Made by a program: the position numbers and the translations under genes. 64,000 bases of DNA from a bacterium (GTDB lineage Bacteria; Zixibacteria; MSB-5A5; GN15; FEB-12), in contig JAUWIB010000089.1 in assembly GCA_030605565.1 (NCBI GenBank), positions 12,197-76,196 of the forward strand, given 5' to 3'. The first letter of the stretch is position 1, and each line of letters begins with the position of its first letter. Of the stretch, positions 18,158 through 27,300 are shown piece by piece. The notes beneath the pieces were generated by a model, which was not told where the DNA came from, ran no database searches, and worked only from the letters and a program-made list of their open reading frames with translations.

Positions 18158-18739
18158 GTGAGTATGAGTTTCAGATCACTGGTCGGCCGTATCAAACTGA
18201 ACCAACTGAAGAACCGCATGGAACCGCAGCAGTTGGCTTTTCCATCATCATTGGTCAAGCCAAAACATATCCTGGTCTGTCTGCCGGGCGGCTTGAGAGA
18301 ACTCACTCTTCTGAAACAGTTCCTGCCGACCATCAAGGAAATGTTCAAGGCGACCGAGATCACTCTGCTGTCGCAACCCGGCGTCAGAGTCAACGACATT
18401 TACCCCCGCCGGGGGTTTCATATACTCTCGCCGTCAGTCGACCAGATGACCTGGACAGGCCTGCCCAAGGGGAGCTATATCAAGATGCTAAAGGAATACG
18501 AGTTTGACCTGGTGCTCGATCTTAATCTGGAACCATCGCCGTTTACTTCGGCGATTCTGCTGAGTTTTCCCGCGGCGGTGCGGGTGGGTCGCGGAAACCA
18601 ACTGGGGGAACCGTTCTACAACCTTGAGATCAAAACCAGATATCTGCGCGACGAGCGAAACATCTATCGTTCCATGCTGAAAACCCTTTCAATCATAAAG
18701 TCTGCCGGCGACCCGTCCTCGGTCGGGAGCGCCAACTGA
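18158..18739 (+). CDS. Hypothetical protein resembling only the N-terminal half of GT9 glycosyltransferases
   Basis: KHILVCLPGG...YEFDLVLDLNLEPSPFTSAILLSFPAAVRVGRGN parallels the GT9 N-domain pattern (ILVI..LGD...yDlviDL....SAll..lsgA..RIGf). The LGD motif and the whole C-terminal catalytic half are missing. Confidence 0.45.
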   Translation: MSMSFRSLVGRIKLNQLKNRMEPQQLAFPSSLVKPKHILVCLPGGLRELTLLKQFLPTIKEMFKATEITLLSQPGVRVNDIYPRRGFHILSPSVDQMTWTGLPKGSYIKMLKEYEFDLVLDLNLEPSPFTSAILLSFPAAVRVGRGNQLGEPFYNLEIKTRYLRDERNIYRSMLKTLSIIKSAGDPSSVGSAN

Positions 18740-18755
18740 TCAATTCGGAGGCACT

Positions 18756-21700
18756 GTGTATCTAAAGCGGCTCGACATCCTCGGTTTCAAATCATTCGCA
18801 AATAAAACGGCATTGCATTTCTCTACCGGCATAACGGCCATCGTCGGACCAAACGGTTGCGGCAAGACCAACATACTCGATGCTATGCGCTGGGTACTTG
18901 GTGAGCAGCGCGTCAGCCTCCTGCGCGGAAACAAGATGGAGGAGGTCATTTTCAACGGTACGCGCGATGTGAAATCGCTCGGCATGTCTGAGGTGACCTT
19001 GTCTCTGATCAACAACCGTGGTGTTCTGCCAACCGAATACAACGAAGTGCAGGTGACGCGGCGGCTGTTTCGCTCTGGTGAGTCGGAGTACTTGCTGAAC
19101 AAGGTTCCCTGCCGACTTCGTGATATCCATGACTTGTTCTACGACACGGGGATGGGCGCTCATTCGTACTCCGTTATTCAGCAGGATATGATCGATGCCG
19201 TCATTTCCGACAGGGCCGAGGAACGTCGTTTCCTCTTTGAAGAAGCGGCCGGCATCACCAAGTACAAACAGCGTAAGAAGGCGGCGTTGCGCAAGCTCGA
19301 GGCTACTGAGGGCGATATGCTGCGCCTGAATGATATCTACTCCGAGGTGCAAACGCAGGTTCGTTCGCTGAACCGACAGCAAAAGAAGGCACAGCGATAT
19401 CAGAATCTGCTTAATGAAATCAAGGACTGGGAACTGTACTTGAGCGGCGTTCGTCTGGCCAATGCTCAAACGGAAAAGCAGCAGTTGCGAGATGAATTAG
19501 GCACGCTGACCGACCGCCGCATGGAGCGAGAGGCGCTGGTCAATCGCGTCTCGTCTCAACTGGAGAACGACCGCAAGGAACAAATCGACCTCGAACAGGA
19601 CCTCAGTTCCATCAGCAACGAAGTGTTCGACGTTTCCGAGAAAGCTCATGGTCTCGAACGCGAGATATCCGTTCTGGTGGAGAAGCGGGCCAATGCCCGC
19701 TCACTAATCGAGCGCAATCACAACGATATCCAGGCTCTCAAGGCGCGCACTGAGATCCTTACCGAGCAGACTCAACAGAGTCATCAGGACTTGATCGACC
19801 AGAAAACGGAGCATGAGAATCGTGCCGAACGATTGACCGAGGCTGAGAGTGCACAGGCTGTCGCCGACCGGGAACTGCTTCAGGCGCGCGCGGTCAAAGA
19901 GGATGACAACAAGAAGCTGATTGACCTGGAGGGCAAGCTCTCCTCCGGGAAGACGGCAGACGACAACCTGCGTCGACAAGAACAGGAGATCGGCGAGATG
20001 GTGGCCGACCTGCAGCAACAAGTCTCACAGCAGCAGGCCCATCGTTCCCAGTTGCAGGCCCGCCTGGTCGAGGAACAACAAGCTCTGGCCGACCTCAAGG
20101 CCGACAAGGATGTCACTGAGGAGTCTGAAGCGGCGGTGTCGGAACGTATCGAACAGTTGATCGAGAAGGGGGAGGAGCTTTCGCTTGAGTTGTCCAATTT
20201 GGGCGCATCGTTGGAGGCCTGTCAGGCACGACGCAATTTGCTCGAGGACATGATTCTGCACTATGAAGGTTACGCTACCGGCGTGGTGGAGGTCATGGAG
20301 ATCAAAGACCGTTTTTCAGGCATTCACGGCACGGTCGCCGAGAAGTTTGTGCCGGCGGAAGGGCTTGAGGCGGCTATGGAGGCCGCCCTGGGTGAAATGG
20401 CCGGGTTCATCGTCTGCGACAATCGTCCGCACGCCGAACAGATCATCGAGTATCTCAAGACCGAGGGCAAGGGCAAGGTCGGCATCCTGGTGCCCGACAC
20501 CGGTACTATCAACCCGCTGGTGAAGCGGCCGGAAATCGAGTCGGAGAGTTTCCTCGGCTGGCTGGACCGCTCCGTTACAACGGATGACGAACTCAGACCG
20601 CTGATGCAGGCCGTGCTCTCACGCACCGCCGTGTTCAAAGCCGGCGCCGACCCGAAAGAGATACTTGAACGACTGCCGTACGGGTTCAGCGCCGTTTCCA
20701 CCGACGGTGTGCGTTACAGCCGAAACATCATTGCCGGCGGGGCTGAGGAAAAGTTTCCGTTGTTCCGCCGCGAGGAAAAGTTGGCTGAGCAGGACCGCAT
20801 GATTGCCGCGATTACTGAAAAGCAGGAGCTTGCACAGAAAAGCAAAGATCGCAACAATGCCGAGATAGCTGCCGCTCGCGCCGAGTCGACGCAATTGGCC
20901 GACAAGTTAGACAGCCTTACCGAAGAGCTTAACAAGGCCGGGCAGAAGACCAGCGAGACCGAGTACCGGTTGGGCACGATTGGGGATGAGCTCGCTCGGC
21001 TGGAAAAAGAACGCCGCAACCAGTCGGACAAACTCGAGAGGATTCGTAGTCAGCAGTACACGCTGGGCATCGACTTCGACCAACTGGCCGACCAGAAGCA
21101 GACGCTGGTCGGGAGCATGTCCAAAGCCGGCAACGATCTTGAATCTCTGGAAGCGAAAGTAACGGTTCTTCTCGATCAGGTGTCGAAGCTGCAAGTCGAG
21201 ATGGTCGAATCGCGCAGCCGCACCGAACAGATCGAAAGCAAGATATCCCACCTGACCGAGTTGAAGCTTGAAATCGAGAATACGACCGGCGCTAAGCAGA
21301 ACGAGATAGAGCGCGCCGATCTGGACATCACGAATGCTGATGAAAGAGTATCCGAACTTGAGCAGACTCTTAAAACAGTGTTCCGCAGTCGCACCGAGGC
21401 CACCGAACGTCAGAACCGGCTGCGAGGCATTCAGGCCGATGTCATGGCCCGCGTCACGCAGCGCGAGGAACAACTGAAGGAAGTCCGCACCGATAAGGAC
21501 TCGTTGAGCGAGCAAATACACCAGATCGAAATGCGTATCAACACCTTTGACTCCGAGATAGGTGCTGTCCGGCAGCGCATTCGTGATGAGTACGAACTTG
21601 ACATCGAAACTGTCGAAATAGTGCGACCCGACGACAAGCGTACCGATGAGGAAGCACGCGCCTACCTCGCCGACCGGAAAGAGCGGTTTAAGAACTTCGG

Positions 21701-22472
21701 CGCCGTCAATCTGCTGGCGCTGGAAGAGTACCGCAAGGCGTGTGAGAGAGAGTCGTTCCTCTCCGAGCAGCTTAATGATCTGACCACAGCCAAGGATGAC
21801 CTTAAGACAACTATCTCGAAGATCAACCAGACCGCCAAGCAGCTCTTTCTGGAGACGTTCGAGAGAGCCCGCGGCAATTTCAAGAGACTTTTTGTGGATC
21901 TCTTCACCGGGGGCGAGGCCGATATCTACCTTGAGTATCCATCCGAACCGCTGGAATCGGATATCATGATTATCGCCAGGCCGCGCGGTAAGAAGCTGCT
22001 GTCGATCACTATGATGTCCGGCGGTGAGCGCGCCCTGACCGCGATTGCGCTGCTGTTCAGCCTCTATCAGGTCAAACCCTCGCCGTTCTGCATCCTTGAT
22101 GAGATCGATGCACCCCTTGATGATGCCAACTGTCGGCGTTTTCTGAATATCATTCACAAGTTCTCTCTGCAAACCCAGTTTGTCATCATCACGCATAATA
22201 AAATCACTATGGAGACGGCCGAAAACCTCTACGGCGTGACCATGGAGCAGGCGGGTATCTCACAACTTGTGGCCGTCAAGTTCAACGATGTCGCCGAGGA
22301 TGCGCAGACCGGTCATCTGGTTATCAATGTTGCTGAACCTTCAGGTGAGGCGGTGGCGCCCCGGCCTGATCTAACGCTGACACACGAAGTCGACACCGTG
22401 TTGCCGGACAACGTCGCCGAACGGATGGACCCTGACCTCAGCATGGCCGACGACAAGAAGACCGACGACTGA
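18756..22472 (+). CDS. smc: Chromosome segregation protein SMC
   Basis: It has Walker A (GPNGCGKTN), long coiled coils, a hinge (GYATGVVE...), the signature LSGGERALTAIALLF and Walker B (ILDEIDAPLDDAN). The start is GTG with GGAGG 6 nt upstream. Confidence 0.95.
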   Translation: MYLKRLDILGFKSFANKTALHFSTGITAIVGPNGCGKTNILDAMRWVLGEQRVSLLRGNKMEEVIFNGTRDVKSLGMSEVTLSLINNRGVLPTEYNEVQVTRRLFRSGESEYLLNKVPCRLRDIHDLFYDTGMGAHSYSVIQQDMIDAVISDRAEERRFLFEEAAGITKYKQRKKAALRKLEATEGDMLRLNDIYSEVQTQVRSLNRQQKKAQRYQNLLNEIKDWELYLSGVRLANAQTEKQQLRDELGTLTDRRMEREALVNRVSSQLENDRKEQIDLEQDLSSISNEVFDVSEKAHGLEREISVLVEKRANARSLIERNHNDIQALKARTEILTEQTQQSHQDLIDQKTEHENRAERLTEAESAQAVADRELLQARAVKEDDNKKLIDLEGKLSSGKTADDNLRRQEQEIGEMVADLQQQVSQQQAHRSQLQARLVEEQQALADLKADKDVTEESEAAVSERIEQLIEKGEELSLELSNLGASLEACQARRNLLEDMILHYEGYATGVVEVMEIKDRFSGIHGTVAEKFVPAEGLEAAMEAALGEMAGFIVCDNRPHAEQIIEYLKTEGKGKVGILVPDTGTINPLVKRPEIESESFLGWLDRSVTTDDELRPLMQAVLSRTAVFKAGADPKEILERLPYGFSAVSTDGVRYSRNIIAGGAEEKFPLFRREEKLAEQDRMIAAITEKQELAQKSKDRNNAEIAAARAESTQLADKLDSLTEELNKAGQKTSETEYRLGTIGDELARLEKERRNQSDKLERIRSQQYTLGIDFDQLADQKQTLVGSMSKAGNDLESLEAKVTVLLDQVSKLQVEMVESRSRTEQIESKISHLTELKLEIENTTGAKQNEIERADLDITNADERVSELEQTLKTVFRSRTEATERQNRLRGIQADVMARVTQREEQLKEVRTDKDSLSEQIHQIEMRINTFDSEIGAVRQRIRDEYELDIETVEIVRPDDKRTDEEARAYLADRKERFKNFGAVNLLALEEYRKACERESFLSEQLNDLTTAKDDLKTTISKINQTAKQLFLETFERARGNFKRLFVDLFTGGEADIYLEYPSEPLESDIMIIARPRGKKLLSITMMSGGERALTAIALLFSLYQVKPSPFCILDEIDAPLDDANCRRFLNIIHKFSLQTQFVIITHNKITMETAENLYGVTMEQAGISQLVAVKFNDVAEDAQTGHLVINVAEPSGEAVAPRPDLTLTHEVDTVLPDNVAERMDPDLSMADDKKTDD

Positions 22473-22485
22473 TCGGTACCGCAGT

Positions 22486-23397
22486 ATGTTCAATGCTTTT
22501 CAGAAGCTGAAGGATTCCCTCAGTCGCACCAAGGACAATATCCTCGGAAAGATTTCGGAGGTCGTTCTTCGGCGGCGCATTGATGATGATCTGCTCGAGG
22601 AGATCGAGGAGATCCTGATCGAGGCCGATGTCGGGGTGCCCGCGACCATGAGACTGATCGAAAGCGTCAAGAAGAGAGCGCGCGAGCGGAAATTGTCTGA
22701 GGGGAGCGAAGTTGTGGGGCTGTTGAAAGAAGAGATTGCCGCCATCCTGACGCAGAGTCAGGCGGTCGGTTCCGCCGATTCTTCCGGGCCGGTCATCTGG
22801 TTGATCGTCGGTGTCAACGGCGTCGGCAAAACTACCACGATCGGCAAACTGGCTACGTTGTTTGCCGCTGAAGGCAAGAATACGATGATTGCCGCCTGCG
22901 ACACATTCCGGGCGGCGGCGATTGAACAGATAGCTATCTGGGCGGAACGCAGCAACGTCGAAATGGTTCGCTCTCAGAGTGGCTCCGACCCTGCAGCCGT
23001 GGCTTTTGATGCCGCCAAAGCGGCGAAGGCCAGAGGCGTCGATATACTTTTGGTTGATACGGCCGGCCGTTTGCACACCAAGGCAAATCTGATGGAAGAG
23101 TTGAAAAAGATCCGTCGAGTCGTCAACAAGGCGGCGCCGGATGCGCTGGTTTGCAGCAAGTTGATTATCGATGGTTCCACCGGTCAGAATGCTCTGTCAC
23201 AGGTCAAGGTGTTCACCGAGGCGGTCGGGTGTGATGGGATCATCGTGACCAAGCTGGACGGCACGGCCAAGGGTGGCGTCATGATCGCCGTCTCCGAGGA
23301 ACTGGGTGTCCCGGTGGAGTTCATCGGACTGGGAGAGGGGATCGACGACCTGCAACGGTTTGACCCGGAGAAGTTTGCTGAGGCGCTGTTCGCATGA
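22486..23397 (+). CDS. ftsY: Signal recognition particle receptor FtsY
   Basis: GVNGVGKTTTIGKLA, DTAGRLH and TKLDGTAKGG are present. It is a short form without a long A-domain. Confidence 0.95.
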   Translation: MFNAFQKLKDSLSRTKDNILGKISEVVLRRRIDDDLLEEIEEILIEADVGVPATMRLIESVKKRARERKLSEGSEVVGLLKEEIAAILTQSQAVGSADSSGPVIWLIVGVNGVGKTTTIGKLATLFAAEGKNTMIAACDTFRAAAIEQIAIWAERSNVEMVRSQSGSDPAAVAFDAAKAAKARGVDILLVDTAGRLHTKANLMEELKKIRRVVNKAAPDALVCSKLIIDGSTGQNALSQVKVFTEAVGCDGIIVTKLDGTAKGGVMIAVSEELGVPVEFIGLGEGIDDLQRFDPEKFAEALFA

Positions 23398-23792
23398 AAA
23401 CACTAACGGTCGAGACGCAAGTGCGGCGGCAGATGATCGATGTTACGGCGCGGGTGCAGGAGATTGTCACTGAGAGCAATCGCCCCTCAGGCCTCGTCGT
23501 CTGTTTCGTCCCGCACACAACTGCCGCCATAACCATCAATGAAAACGCCGACCCGGATGTTGCTCGCGACATTCTGTACAAGCTGGGCAAAGAGATTCCG
23601 CCGGACGACGGTTACCATCACCTCGAAGGTAACTCGGACGCCCATATCCAGGCGTCACTTTTGGGCGCTTCGCAGCAGATACTGTTTGAGAATCGTCGCC
23701 TGGTGCTGGGACGCTGGCAGGCTGTTTACTTCTGCGAATTCGACGGGCCTCGACAGCGCCGCCTGATTGTCGAGGTTATGCCGTTTGCTTAA
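23394..23792 (+). CDS. yjbQ: YjbQ/UPF0047-family protein (secondary thiamine-phosphate synthase-like)
   Basis: HTTAAITINENADPDV, HLEGNSDAHIQASLLG and LGRWQAVYFCEFDGPR are present. It overlaps ftsY by ATGA. Confidence 0.85.
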   Translation: MKTLTVETQVRRQMIDVTARVQEIVTESNRPSGLVVCFVPHTTAAITINENADPDVARDILYKLGKEIPPDDGYHHLEGNSDAHIQASLLGASQQILFENRRLVLGRWQAVYFCEFDGPRQRRLIVEVMPFA

Positions 23793-24255
23793 GGTCCACC
23801 TTATCTGTGTGGGGAAAGATAAGGATGCATGGATCACCGACGGGTGTGCTCATTTCAAAAAGTTGCTTTCGCGGTATGCTGAGGTTTCCTGGCGCGTCCT
23901 GCCTGCGGAGAAGTCCGGTTCCGGGTTGTCGGCTTCCGAAGTGAAGAAGCGAGAAGCGATCCGCATACTGAAAGCTCTCGACAAGGGGTTCCATATCGCT
24001 TTGGCGGACAAGGGTACTGACCTGGATTCGCACGGACTGGCCCGACAACTGGAAAACTGGCAGACGCGCTGCGGCGGTTGTATTGAGTTTATCATTGGTG
24101 GGGCTTACGGTCTTGATGAGTCTGTCCTGAATCGCGCGGATTTGGTACTGTCGTTGTCGCCGCTTACTTTTTCGCACCAATTGGTGCGGCTGGTTCTGCT
24201 GGAGCAGCTCTACCGCGCCTTCTCTATTCTGCACAACACCGACTATCACAAATAG
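23785..24255 (+). CDS. rlmH: 23S rRNA (pseudouridine1915-N3)-methyltransferase RlmH
   Basis: (M)LKVHLICVGK..., FIIGGAYGL and LSLSPLTFSHQLVRLVLLEQLYRAFSI are present. The start is uncertain: TTG at 23785, or the track start TTG at 23767. Confidence 0.85.
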   Translation: MLKVHLICVGKDKDAWITDGCAHFKKLLSRYAEVSWRVLPAEKSGSGLSASEVKKREAIRILKALDKGFHIALADKGTDLDSHGLARQLENWQTRCGGCIEFIIGGAYGLDESVLNRADLVLSLSPLTFSHQLVRLVLLEQLYRAFSILHNTDYHK

Positions 24256-24256
24256 A

Positions 24257-24284
24257 AACGTCCGGCCGTGTGCGACCGGACGTT
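24257..24284. terminator. Hairpin between convergent rlmH and the giant gene (possible terminator)
   Basis: AACGTCCGG-ccgtgtgcga-CCGGACGTT. A T-rich run follows only in the minus-strand direction (tttctattt). Confidence 0.35.
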
Positions 24285-24311
24285 ACAGGGAAAAAGATAC
24301 GAGGTGGAGAT

Positions 24312-27300
24312 TTATTTCAGCAGAACCATTTTCTTGGTATCGGTGAAGCTGCCGGCATCGAGGCGATAGAAGTAAACGCCTGATGCAGCCGTGCCGCCAC
24401 GGGAATCGAGACCGTCCCAGGTTATCGTCTGATGACCGGCCGGGGCGTGCCCGCTGAAGGAGCGCACCAGCTTACCGGTGACATTGTAGATGTGAAGCGT
24501 CCAGTCGGCCGTCTGCGGCGTGGAGAAGCTGATTGAGGTCGCCGGGTTGAACGGATTCGGGTAGTTTTGCGACAGTGAGAACTCGGTCGGCAACTCGCCG
24601 CCCTTGTTGACACATCGGTAGGGCCTGCCCTGGTAGTCGACGATCTCCTTGCGCTTCAGAATCGGCGCCGTGTCACCGCTATACGTAATCTCAACCAAAC
24701 GGTGCTCGCCGGGTTCGATTAGGTCCGTTCCGAGATTCCAGATGAGGATCCGCAGTTCGCCGTCAACAACAGCGTGCATGAGATTCATATCTTCGGCGGC
24801 AGTTGCCAATTGAGGTATGTCGATTGTCGTCGCGTCGTTCACGTCGAAGACGAACAGAGCCGCGCCGATTTCGCCGACCGCATCAGTGGATACACTAAGG
24901 TGACCGTCGCTGTATTCGGTCGTGACAAACAACTCCTCCGGATAAGGGCTCAACTTGGGAATCGGGTCGGCATCGCCAATGATGACCCGGATTAAGAGCA
25001 CCAGGTCGGCTACGCTGAGGGTGACACCGTCGGCGTTGACGTCGGTGGCGGCAATCTGACCGGCCACATTCACCACGAACACGCTTAGGCCCTTGACGAA
25101 GTAGTTGGAGAAGACTACCGCGTCGGCGATCTCGTAAGCCACGCCGTTGAGGTTGACGTCACCGCGATCGTCCAGCGAATCGGGATGGGTGACGCAGATG
25201 CCGCCGTTGATATACTCGATACAGCGGATCGGGTCGATCTTGCCGCCGCCGAAACAGTCATCACGGGTACCCATGCCGAAGGGACGAGACGACTCCGGGT
25301 AGTTGATGTCGTCGTTTTCATCCCAGATCATCGAACCCTCGAAGTTGAGAATACGTACATCCACGAACAGATCGTAACCGGAGGTGTCGGAGAAAGCATT
25401 GTCGGCGCAGGAATACCATGCAAAGTTGATCGGCAGGAACTGATCGCCAAGGTTCTGGTCATTGGCCACCTGGAATTGCATCTCGACCAGGACACCGTTC
25501 GGGAACAAAGTCTCGTGCGGAGGGTGATTGGGACCGTTGTTTATGTCGGCGATTCCGACCAGACGAACCAGACCGGAAGGGCAGGAGGCGCCGCAGTCAG
25601 CGGCGCCGATGCGGTACTCGAAGTACTCCCAGCCATCCACCGCAGAACCTTCGATGCCGGCATAAGTGAACGCCATTACCGAGGCGTCGTAGGCCAGCAG
25701 GATGTCAAAGCCGCCCAGCCACTCGCGCGTCTCGATGTTCAGGTCAACGGTCTTAAGAAGACCGACCGGGGTGCAACTGCCGCCGTCGATCGACACCCGC
25801 ACGCAGACGTCGCAGTCCTCAAGTTCCTGAATGTCGACGAAGAAAGACCCGACAGTGATGTTGCAGCCGTCGTCCACTTCGAAGCAGAACTCGTACAGTC
25901 CGAAGGCGTCCGGCAGGAAGCAGACCCGACCGCTGTCGTCGGTAATCAACTCGAACCCATCAGGGCCGCAGGTTTGTGTCAGGGTCACGCTGTCTTCAAG
26001 ATCGGTGGCGTAGATGCCGTCGACGCAGACCAGGGTCGTGTCGTCGCTACAGCGTTCAAATACCAGCGTTTCTTCCGGCAGGAACAACTGAGGCGCCTGA
26101 TCACCGGTGACGTTGATTGTCGTCACACAGGTGTCGGCATCGCAGCGCCCGGTTGCAATCAGGGTGATATCATAGGAACCGGGCTGGTCGATTATCACGC
26201 AAACTTCGCCATCGGCATAGGATCCTTCGGGTTCCACGGTGATTATCGGATCAGTTCCGGTCACTGTCACCGGATAGCACAACTCAACCGGATCGGTCAG
26301 GCAGAGCAGGGTGTCAATGATGCCGGGGCAGGTGATGACAGGGGGCTGGGGCACCTGAATATCGAGATCAAACTCGCAGGTGTCAACGCCGCACTGGGCT
26401 TCGGCTGTCACCATAATGTTATACAGTCCGGTCTCATCGATATAAACACACAGCTCGCCGGTGGCGGGGTCGTATGAACCGTTCGGCAAAACCGTTACGA
26501 CCGCATCGCCTGGACTGATCGGCATCGTGATGCAAATGGAATCCGCTGTACACAGAGTGTCGTATACCGTCGTGGGAGGACAAATGATCAAGGGTGACCC
26601 ACCCGGCAAAATAGTAACAACCGTCGTGTCGCAGGCTGTTTCACCACAGGCGTCACGCACGGACACTACGACAGTGTGAATACCGAAGTCGGTCGGGATG
26701 AAACATACTTCATCTTCAACGATCTGACCGTGCGAAGATGACACCTCTATTATGTTATCATCAACATCACTATAGGTGATAGGGATACAGACCTCGTATG
26801 GCTCGCACACGGTCAAACTGGTGTCCGGGCCGGAAACAATCTCCGGAGGGCTGTTGAAGTCCGCGGTAACCGTAAAGCTGCAAGTGTCGGAGTTGCAGAT
26901 CGACGTAGCGATCATCGTGATCTCAAGTGACCCGGCCTCGAGCACCGGTACACAAACCTGATTCTCGCTCAGGTACGCCGGTTCCGTCACACTTACCATT
27001 CCTACGGATGCTGAGACTGTATAGTCCAGACACAGGGTGTCGGGACCACAGACCAGCAGAGCGGTGTCGGCGGGGCAGGTGATTACCGCCTCGTCCGGAA
27101 TGGTAACCTCAACATACACCACGCAGGTATCACTGTTGCACTCGGCATTGCCGATCACCGTGATCATGTAGATACCGGCAGTGTCCGCCGGGAAGCAGAG
27201 TTCGCCCTCGCCGTAAGTGCCGATTGACGAAGTGACGGTGAAGTTATTGCCAATGATTTCAAGTGGTACGCAGACTTCGGTCGGACCGCAGATCGGTTCG

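Noticed and set aside
20907-22196. A 429-aa minus-strand ORF opposite smc, and similar long antisense ORFs (8376..9398, 12394..13107, 39143..40015, 40281..41270, 42558..43379, 43963..44931, 55695..56924, 5465..6364)
   Set aside because: Each overlaps a gene with clear family motifs on the other strand or frame. Stop-poor antisense frames are expected in GC-rich coding DNA. None shows an RBS-plus-motif combination.
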